This document shows positions 57,046 through 64,000 of a stretch of 64,000 nucleotides of DNA, piece by piece (the stretch's first letter is position 1; each line of letters starts with the position of its first letter). The notes below the pieces were generated by a model. The model saw nothing but the letters and a program-made list of their open reading frames with translations. It did not search any database and was not told where the DNA came from. This DNA is from an uncultured Pseudomonadales bacterium (GTDB taxonomy: Bacteria; Patescibacteriota; Microgenomatia; UBA1400; PJMF01). A program made the position numbers and the translations under genes. The stretch is taken from NCBI GenBank assembly GCA_964583795.1, contig CAZOWX010000002.1, forward strand, positions 14,966 to 78,965, given 5' to 3'.

Positions 57046-58929
57046 CTAATAGTTTGTCTGCTTATCAGCTAACACCTTCGCTTGGGCGGCTTGTTGTTCG
57101 CTGAGTTTTTGTTGGGCAAGAAGCTCTTCTGGGTTGGTGGTGATGAGCTGGTGTTCTATGTCTGAAGCTAAAACGCGAAGTGCGACATGATTTTGTCCGG
57201 CAAAAAAGATGCCCTCGCCAACGTCTGACGCTAGTAACAATCGCTGTTCACCCTCAGAAAGATAAAAGGTTTGGGTTAACACTGGCAAGGCGGCGCTGGA
57301 CTGTTTCATCAAAAACTGAATTGATGAGTTGGTCACAATCGCTTTTCCGTATTCGTTGCCCAAAAAGTCTTCAACGTCTTGAGTAATAGTGGTGATACCT
57401 AAAAAGTACTTTCTGGCGCGCTTGGCCATTCCGTGCAGAAACGAAGCACTGTCGGCATATTTCATGAAGTACCACGCTTCATCGACAATTAAAATTCTCT
57501 TTTTGAGTTTTTTCTTCACTCGAGTCCAGATAAAATCCAGGATCATGAACATGGCAATGGGGCGCAACTCTTCATGTAAATCTTTGACTGAAAAGACGGT
57601 GAAAGGATTGTGAATGTCCAGGTTCGATTTTTGATCAAAAATGCCTCGAAAAGAGCCTTTGATGAACTTTTCCAGACGTGCTGAAAGGTTGAGTGCATCC
57701 TGGGTTTCCATTCCGATTAATGCCTTGTAGAGGTCTTCCATTAATGGTGGTTCGTTGGCTTGTGTGGCGGGATCAGGGGTGATACCTTTTGATTTGTATG
57801 CAGCGACGAGCGCCTGATCTAAAATGGCATCTTCTGTCGGAGTCATTTCTCCGAGCATAACTCGAAGCAATGTGTGCAAAGAAATAATTTTTTGTCCCAA
57901 CTCATTTTCGCCTTCTTCATAGACGTTTGAGAGGTCAAATGGGTTAATTTTCGTTTTGGCGCCAAAAGTGAAGTTAATATACTCGCCACCAACAGACTGG
58001 CACATCTCTTCATACTCATGTTCAGGATCGAGTATCAAAATGTCTGCACCAAAAATGAGCATACGCATTGCCTCAAGTTTGATGGCATACGATTTTCCTG
58101 CACCGGACTTGGCAAATACGACCATGTTGGCGTTTTCCAGACTAAACCGGTCAAAAATAACCAAAGAGCCATTGTGCTCGTTAATGCCGTACACAATGCC
58201 GGTGTCTTGAGTGAGCTCTGAAGAAGTGAACGGAAATGTTGTGGCCAGAGAAGTGGTGTCCATATTTCTGGTAACGAGCAGTCGGTCAACACCCATGGGG
58301 AGTGTTGTTTTAAACCCGTCTTCCATCTGTAAAGAGGCTTTTTTTGAAACAATGAGTAAACTACCCAAGAGCGATTGGAGTTGTTTGGTAACTCTTTCTA
58401 GCGATGCTTTATCAACGTCCATCAGTGTTACATACAGTCCAAACTGGTAAAAGCGCTCAGAGCCCTTTGCGAGCTGTTCTTGGAGAGTCCTGGCGTCCTC
58501 GAGCTTGACCTCGGTGTTGATGTTGCTGATTTTGCCAGAGCGAATATCGGATTGAATTTCTGCTTCCATTTCTGTGATTTTGCGGCGCAAGTTGTCCAAA
58601 ATTTTGTCAATCTCTTGGGGGAAAATGTACATACCGATATCAAGTCTGTGCGGGAAGTTGATCAGTGGTGACAGCCAGTTTGCGGGGACGGTGCGAGGAT
58701 ATCCTGCGATGAAAAATGTCCGAGTGTAGGTGGAGTTGATTTTTTGATAAGTAAAATCAACCTCAATCGCTTCCGGAGCAATAATATCCTGAATACTTAC
58801 GAGTCCTTGAGCAAATTGCTTGAGCACCTTTTGGTTTTCTTGGTCTTGTTGGCGTTTTTGTTGATCAGCATCAGAACCTTGCGGCTTTTTCAGAAAGGGA
58901 AGTGGAAGATTGAGTGAAAATTTTGCCAT
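57046..58929 (-). CDS. Type IV secretion system ATPase, VirB4/TrbE/PrgJ family
   Basis: Walker A VVFAKSGAGKSYAI, Walker B RILIVDEAWYF, conserved VirB4 C-terminal domain. Confidence 0.8.
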   Translation of the reverse strand: MAKFSLNLPLPFLKKPQGSDADQQKRQQDQENQKVLKQFAQGLVSIQDIIAPEAIEVDFTYQKINSTYTRTFFIAGYPRTVPANWLSPLINFPHRLDIGMYIFPQEIDKILDNLRRKITEMEAEIQSDIRSGKISNINTEVKLEDARTLQEQLAKGSERFYQFGLYVTLMDVDKASLERVTKQLQSLLGSLLIVSKKASLQMEDGFKTTLPMGVDRLLVTRNMDTTSLATTFPFTSSELTQDTGIVYGINEHNGSLVIFDRFSLENANMVVFAKSGAGKSYAIKLEAMRMLIFGADILILDPEHEYEEMCQSVGGEYINFTFGAKTKINPFDLSNVYEEGENELGQKIISLHTLLRVMLGEMTPTEDAILDQALVAAYKSKGITPDPATQANEPPLMEDLYKALIGMETQDALNLSARLEKFIKGSFRGIFDQKSNLDIHNPFTVFSVKDLHEELRPIAMFMILDFIWTRVKKKLKKRILIVDEAWYFMKYADSASFLHGMAKRARKYFLGITTITQDVEDFLGNEYGKAIVTNSSIQFLMKQSSAALPVLTQTFYLSEGEQRLLLASDVGEGIFFAGQNHVALRVLASDIEHQLITTNPEELLAQQKLSEQQAAQAKVLADKQTNY

Positions 58930-59120
58930 GTAAATATCGACGTTTTACTTATTCAGACACACAATGAGTGTTGTCACTGTTTGTGTTTTGTCTTAACAAT
59001 GCTTTCTTCAACTAAATTTTTCTTCTGATACACTTTGTCATTTGACTAAAACCCACGATCGTAAGAATTACGACCCCGAACTACTTTTACAGTTTTTAGC
59101 AGCCACAAACGCTCCTCGAA

Positions 59121-60422
59121 CTAGTTTTGTGTCGGAGGAGTTGGCATAGCCGACGAAAAGGGGGGCTGCTGAGTACTTACTCCAGGAAAAACCGGCTGAG
59201 GAATGGCTGCTTGTGGCTGCGTGTTGCCCGCGTTGCTCATTGGTGACGCTTGACTGAGCGTCTGATTAATCATGCTTTGAACTTCCGCTGCTGGTGGGGT
59301 TAGTGGAGTTGGCTCTGTGGGCAGCTCTGGTGGCGTGGCCACCGCAGGAGACTCGCTGATAGGGCTGTCAACTGGATTTGCCACTGGAGCGCTCGTCATT
59401 GCTGGTTGTGGTATTGGTTCTACTGGTGCTGTTCCGGCCATTTGAGCAGGTGTAGAAAATCCAAGCGGTGTCTGGTTAAATTCAGGCATCTTTGGCTCTT
59501 CTGCGACACTCATGACTGGAATTATTGGTGTTGTGGCTGTTGGAATTGGCTCTGGTTGAGCCGAAACTGGCGGCATTGTTGGTGCAGGCATCACTGTCTG
59601 TGCTGGAGTGAAGCTTTGGATGGGAGGTTGAGTCATTCCCGTTGGTGCCGTAGTCATGCTTGGGACACTAGGTTCTGTTGCGGGTGGTGCCATGTTTGGC
59701 ACGGGTGTGGTGGTATCCATCATAAAGTCTCCTTGTATTTTTGCCTGGACAAGAGGCGTTGTGTAATGCGATGTGTCCGTGACCTTTAATCCTTCAAATG
59801 ATTCAGGGTTGTATGAAGAGTATAGCATTTGAATCAGCTCTTGAGTGGTTAGTTGCCGAGAGTACAGGCCAATGCGAGCGAGTTGATCGATGAGGTGGTC
59901 TTTGCGTGGTATTAAGTTCGTTTTTGCTTTTTCAATGATGTAGTTTTTTTCAAAACTCGAGAGCGGTTTGTTTTTGGCTCCGGGGACAACGCTTTGAGTG
60001 GTGAGGCCCATCTCAACGGCTGACAGAGGAATCACGATATAAAATTTCTTATCAAGGACGTTTTGATCTTGGACCAGAGCTTGGACAAACTCACGGTACT
60101 CTTTTATTTTTTGTCGATACGTTGGGTTGGTTGTTGTATCTTCCATGTCTTGAATTGTTTTAATGTAGGCAGTCACATCTTTTGGTTGTGAGCGAATGAC
60201 GATCTGAATGGGAAACGAAAGTGAGTTGAGCAGCGCCGCATACGCATAAATAGTAGCGTCTTGTTCGCCTTCTGACAGCAGTCCAAAGTTCATGGCACTA
60301 ACGCTAATGACCAAGGATGTTGCTCCGTCGCCCAAGATAATTAGGTCATTGGTAATGTCATACAGGTCCAAAAACAACTGGGTAGTGGACTGACTAATAT
60401 CGTGAATCTGCTTTTTTGCCAT
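59121..60422 (-). CDS. Hypothetical T4SS-associated protein with about 150-aa P/T/A/M-rich C-terminal tail
   Basis: Sits between the PrgI-like gene and VirB4; N-terminal about 280-aa globular region; tail low-complexity. Confidence 0.3.
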   Translation of the reverse strand: MAKKQIHDISQSTTQLFLDLYDITNDLIILGDGATSLVISVSAMNFGLLSEGEQDATIYAYAALLNSLSFPIQIVIRSQPKDVTAYIKTIQDMEDTTTNPTYRQKIKEYREFVQALVQDQNVLDKKFYIVIPLSAVEMGLTTQSVVPGAKNKPLSSFEKNYIIEKAKTNLIPRKDHLIDQLARIGLYSRQLTTQELIQMLYSSYNPESFEGLKVTDTSHYTTPLVQAKIQGDFMMDTTTPVPNMAPPATEPSVPSMTTAPTGMTQPPIQSFTPAQTVMPAPTMPPVSAQPEPIPTATTPIIPVMSVAEEPKMPEFNQTPLGFSTPAQMAGTAPVEPIPQPAMTSAPVANPVDSPISESPAVATPPELPTEPTPLTPPAAEVQSMINQTLSQASPMSNAGNTQPQAAIPQPVFPGVSTQQPPFSSAMPTPPTQN

Positions 60423-60455
60423 TGTTGTTCTTTACATACTCATGTCAAAACAAAG

Positions 60456-61553
60456 TTATACCAAACCAGGGTCACTATTGGTATCAGTAGCGCGGATTTC
60501 AATAGGATCGATAATGGTATTGTCGAGTACTAACTTTTGCGTTGGGAATAGTATACCGCCCTTCTCTGCCTTCATGAAATATTCTCCGTTTTTGAGTGGC
60601 GTACTGATAAAAAATTGACCAATTTTATTTGTCTTGACTGCACGAACCGGCATTCCTTGATCATCTTCAATTTCCACAATTGCGTTCTCGACAATATTGC
60701 CATACTGATCAAAGACCATTCCGACAACCAAGTTTGGTTTGTTTGGTTTCTGAGGGAACGGTAAGTCTTGGGAAGTTGTCACTACCTTGATATTCAAGTC
60801 TGTGGTGGGAGAGGGTGTTTGTGAAGGAGCTATTGGGGCGTTGAACACGTCGACTATCTGGTTTGTTTTTTCTTCAACAACCTGTTCAATTGGCTCTGGA
60901 GCAACTTGAATAATGGGAGGGATCACTTCTGGAATCTGGTCAGCTCGGAGGCGTTCTTCTTGCACCGGTGTATTGGGGGTCGTAAAGAGATCTTCATATT
61001 GTTTCAGAGAGTGAGGCGTTGAGGTGAGGTTTGGTTTCGAAAAACTTTCAACGGCTTCTACATGGGTAACTTGCACCGCATCAAAAAGAGTCATGATCGA
61101 GCTCACCTGTTGTTGTTCCAGCAAATCAAGCGGATTGAGCTGTGTCTCGGAAGGAAGTGTGTGGATGTACTCATAGATTCTTTGTTGTCGAAGTGGTGAG
61201 AGGTCAACTTCTTGTTGAAAAGCAGAGACGTCTTTTGCGGTGTGGGTGAAGTATCCAGGTAAATCACCTGATTTTTGCCAAAAGAATTGAGTTGGTTTGT
61301 AAATCGCCCGGAATAAGGCGATAAACCACTGATCAAGAGGTCGTCCTTCGTACGGTACAAAAGCGATCATGGCGCCAAGTCCGACAAAAAATACGATCAT
61401 TGGCCATTTAATAATGTCAGGAAGGTTGGTTTGGTGGAGCACCACACCGATAAGAATGCCGCCTGCCAGTTCTAGGAACTGTTTGAGCGTCATGTTCCCA
61501 ATCAAATGGAACTCATACGAGGTGACGGCTTGTGGTATTGGGTGATCTTGCAT
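60456..61553 (-). CDS. PrgI-like (VirB3-analogue) two-TM protein fused to C-terminal beta-sandwich domain
   Basis: N-terminus SYEFHLIGNMTLKQFLELAGGILIGVV plus second TM, typical of PrgI-family proteins that precede VirB4 in Gram-positive-type T4SS; C-terminal carboxypeptidase-regulatory-like fold (GMVFDQYGNIVENAIVEIED). Confidence 0.45.
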   Translation of the reverse strand: MQDHPIPQAVTSYEFHLIGNMTLKQFLELAGGILIGVVLHQTNLPDIIKWPMIVFFVGLGAMIAFVPYEGRPLDQWFIALFRAIYKPTQFFWQKSGDLPGYFTHTAKDVSAFQQEVDLSPLRQQRIYEYIHTLPSETQLNPLDLLEQQQVSSIMTLFDAVQVTHVEAVESFSKPNLTSTPHSLKQYEDLFTTPNTPVQEERLRADQIPEVIPPIIQVAPEPIEQVVEEKTNQIVDVFNAPIAPSQTPSPTTDLNIKVVTTSQDLPFPQKPNKPNLVVGMVFDQYGNIVENAIVEIEDDQGMPVRAVKTNKIGQFFISTPLKNGEYFMKAEKGGILFPTQKLVLDNTIIDPIEIRATDTNSDPGLV

Positions 61554-61832
61554 TTTTTAGGTTCTAGGTTATAGGTGCTAGGTTCTAGTTATTGTTGTGT
61601 TGTATTGAGTTTATCCAATTACTCCAAGTGGCTTTGGAATTTGATTGGGTGTTTTTGTTGTTCGTTATTTGTTGGCTTGCCTCGCCGTAGCGTTTCGCGA
61701 AGGCGGGGAGTTAAGATGTTCTTCTTACTTTATCAAGAAAAGGAGTTTTGACCAAGTGACGAAGTATGTCTTAAGAGAAAAAAGTGTCAGTAAATAATGA
61801 CGACTGAAGACTGATTTCTGACAACTTGTTGG

Positions 61833-62822
61833 TCATTCTACTTTGACAGCGGGAGAGATGGCTTCGACGTCAAAACTTTCACTTCCTGCAAAGCCAATTC
61901 CTACAAAACGTATGTATGGGACTATATATCCGTTTTGTTCGTTTTTTCGGTACTCAAGTAAGGCTTTATCAAAAGTAACTTCTCTGAGCGTGTCGGTATA
62001 GCTTTCAAAATCTTCTCTACTGCTTACATTAATAAAAGTAACATTTTTAAATGTGACTTGTTGTTCTATCTGATCAAGGCTGAGGGTGTTATGCGTTTCC
62101 ACTTTTTCAAATGTTTTTCCGATAGGATAAAAACTGGCTTTTTTAATATTTCCCTCTAAATCAGTCCAAAACTCTGCTGGTGGCTCTGCTGTGTCTCCAG
62201 AAATAAGGGGAAAACCATCAAGAAGAACGCTGACTTTAAACAACATTGCATTTGCAGCTTCTTTATTGGGGGCCGCAACAATGTGATTATCCATAAGCAT
62301 GTATTGGGGGTCAGATATAACTGTGTTTTCTGTCATACCTAATTTGATCAGTAAATCTTGAATATTTTCCAAAGCAAGGTCCTTTCTTTCTGTTATACCT
62401 GTCTTTGGTATCAAACCATCCTTATTATAAAAAGCAATCGAAATATCATTATTCGAACTTTTTTCTAATAAAATAGTGGCTTCTTCATTCCTCCAATAGG
62501 GAAGTGTGCTTTTTTTTACCAGTTGTAGATTTTTGACAAATTGTTGAACCAAGTCATCAGCTTTTGAGCTTTTATCTTCAAGATTTCTGTATACAGTGAT
62601 TTTTTTTGGGATTTCTATAGAGATTTGGTTGAAAACTATTTTTGGTGAGTATTTTTGAGTGTTTGTGACAATTGTTTCTATTGGAACTGGTGGTGGAGTG
62701 AGTGCTTGCAAAACAGCAGAGACAACAAGCAGCAGCGCAACGATACTCAAAAAAATTCGAGTTGATTTTTTCTTAAACAGGTTTGCTAAAAAATCTTTTA
62801 TATTATCGGCCATAATATTCAT
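61833..62822 (-). CDS. Bitopic extracellular protein (hypothetical, T4SS-associated by position)
   Basis: N-terminal TM IFLSIVALLLVVSAVL then about 290-aa ectodomain; overlaps M23 gene by 20 nt. Confidence 0.3.
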   Translation of the reverse strand: MNIMADNIKDFLANLFKKKSTRIFLSIVALLLVVSAVLQALTPPPVPIETIVTNTQKYSPKIVFNQISIEIPKKITVYRNLEDKSSKADDLVQQFVKNLQLVKKSTLPYWRNEEATILLEKSSNNDISIAFYNKDGLIPKTGITERKDLALENIQDLLIKLGMTENTVISDPQYMLMDNHIVAAPNKEAANAMLFKVSVLLDGFPLISGDTAEPPAEFWTDLEGNIKKASFYPIGKTFEKVETHNTLSLDQIEQQVTFKNVTFINVSSREDFESYTDTLREVTFDKALLEYRKNEQNGYIVPYIRFVGIGFAGSESFDVEAISPAVKVE

Positions 62823-63771
62823 TACAGACTATACCAATATCTTTTGTGTTTTGGGAGTATTCTCCGTTGAGTGAACTATAAAGGGCATACTCATTGAGGC
62901 CTGTAACTTCATAGTGTAAATGAACAAACCAATCTTTTACGCCCCCAGAACCCCCAACTAGGCCAATTTCCTCACCACCCTCTACTGTGTCCCCAACTTG
63001 TTTTGTACTGGCTGCGGCCATGTGTAGGTACATTGTTTGGTACGTTCCGTGATCTATTTTGACGTAATAACCGTACTTTTCCTCTTCATTTTGAGATGAA
63101 TGCACGACTGTTCCGGGTGCGGCGGCATAGATGGGGACCTCACCACCCAATCCAGGAGGGTTTGTTCCAATATCATACGCGTCGGGCTTATAGTTGGGGC
63201 CAAGTCCTCCACAGTGTGTCCCGATTATTGGCCTTCCGTTATCATCTGGAATGCATTTTAAGGGAGTAGGGTTACTTTTCGGTCCAGTAAACGGTGGTAG
63301 TTGTGAAATATGTCCGTCAATTGGCCAGCAGTCTGCCACCTGAGTTTTTGGACAGTCTCCAAAACAGGTTTGAGCTCTGGCGTTAGCCTCTTCAGCCGAG
63401 TCGTTTGCCGTAAATGACACCTTTATATCATTTTTAACTAAGGAGTTATTAAAACGAGAGTCTGAGGCATCAATGTCAAACTCCAGAGATATTGCAGCCT
63501 CTTTTTCTACTGTTTTCCCCTTCAAAGTTATTAGCTGATCGAGGACTGATTGTGGAATATCAGGCGGAACAACGGTATTTAAGTCTTTATCAATGGTTGA
63601 CATAGCTTCTGTAACATCTGTTATGATGATTGTCTCAGGAACATCTGGTTTTTTTGTAATCTCGATTCTGTAATGAATTTTCTGAGGCTCTTGAGCATTG
63701 GTTGGGCTTGGTATTTTTTTAACAGTGATATATCGAGATTCTTCAATATCTGTTGAATAGTACGGCGCCAC
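62803..63771 (-). CDS. M23-family (LytM) peptidoglycan endopeptidase
   Basis: HGTYQTMYLHM ... WFVHLHYEV motifs; the frame stays open upstream to the window end (hydrophobic TM-like stretch 63780-63900), so the true N-terminus may lie beyond 63771. Confidence 0.7.
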   Translation of the reverse strand: MAPYYSTDIEESRYITVKKIPSPTNAQEPQKIHYRIEITKKPDVPETIIITDVTEAMSTIDKDLNTVVPPDIPQSVLDQLITLKGKTVEKEAAISLEFDIDASDSRFNNSLVKNDIKVSFTANDSAEEANARAQTCFGDCPKTQVADCWPIDGHISQLPPFTGPKSNPTPLKCIPDDNGRPIIGTHCGGLGPNYKPDAYDIGTNPPGLGGEVPIYAAAPGTVVHSSQNEEEKYGYYVKIDHGTYQTMYLHMAAASTKQVGDTVEGGEEIGLVGGSGGVKDWFVHLHYEVTGLNEYALYSSLNGEYSQNTKDIGIVCNEYYGR

Positions 63772-64000
63772 TTGCGTGGTGCTGGCGTCGGGGAGAAAGG
63801 CTGAGAAAATGGCTGTGGTGGTCAGTAAAGAAAGTGTGGTGACGGCGACGAGTGGAGTGGCGACGGCGACGGTGGTGGTGGTATTTACGGCGATCGGGAC
63901 TCCAGAGGTGGTGATCGTACCAAGTGTCTTACTTAAGGCTGCTTTGGCTGGTGCAGCGGCTGATTGAGTTAAGCCGTCAAGAGCTCCTTTTGCGGCCTTG

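Noticed and set aside
63776-63967. Plus-strand ORF 63776..63967
   Set aside because: Antisense to an open minus-strand frame that appears to continue the M23 peptidase N-terminus to the window edge; the V/A/T-rich translation is a shadow frame.

Overview
This window looks like the chromosomal replication-origin region of a small-genome bacterium that uses the standard genetic code. Long intact ORFs rule out UGA recoding. The gene content suggests a Patescibacteria/CPR-like lineage, but that is inference only.

The origin block is on the minus strand and reads dnaA, dnaN, rpmH, rnpA, yidD, yidC, jag, rnhA. The 47-aa rpmH is missing from the ORF track and was hand-translated. The dnaA-dnaN intergenic region is rich in DnaA-box-like repeats and an AT-rich stretch, and is a putative oriC.

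Other content:
- A complete mevalonate pathway operon: HMG-CoA reductase, HMG-CoA synthase, an archaeal-type thiolase with a DUF35-like OB-fold partner, IPP isomerase, two GHMP kinases, diphosphomevalonate decarboxylase, two Nudix proteins and uppS.
- A thiol-redox cluster: a DsbA-like protein, trxB, trxA and a two-cysteine CsoR/CstR-like repressor with a candidate palindromic operator.
- A cell-surface island: a roughly 1140-aa secreted protein with a possible lytic-transglycosylase-like C-terminus, seven paralogous VirB2/TrbC-like pilin genes (six in tandem), two polytopic GT-C-like membrane proteins and a divergent ECF sigma factor.
- A type IV secretion-like module directly beside dnaA: a VirB4-like ATPase, a PrgI-like protein and an M23 peptidase.
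- valS, tsaD, rplY, a VapBC pair, a Fic protein, a VanW protein, and a partial ATP-dependent DNA ligase at the window start.

The most unusual signal is a set of short dispersed repeat families. A CAACAAC(C/T)CAACAAC element and a GTCATCCCGNCGAAAGNCGGGATC hairpin occur in intergenic regions and 5' leaders. They also sit in frame inside idi, tsaD, valS and rnhA, always with the C/A-rich strand in the mRNA, which resembles Rickettsia palindromic elements. A conserved roughly 35-bp upstream motif (CACTATT-N-CACTATT), hairpin-plus-T-tract terminator-like modules, a (TTGG)14 microsatellite and heptamer repeats are also present.

I saw no CRISPR array, rRNA or convincing tRNA.
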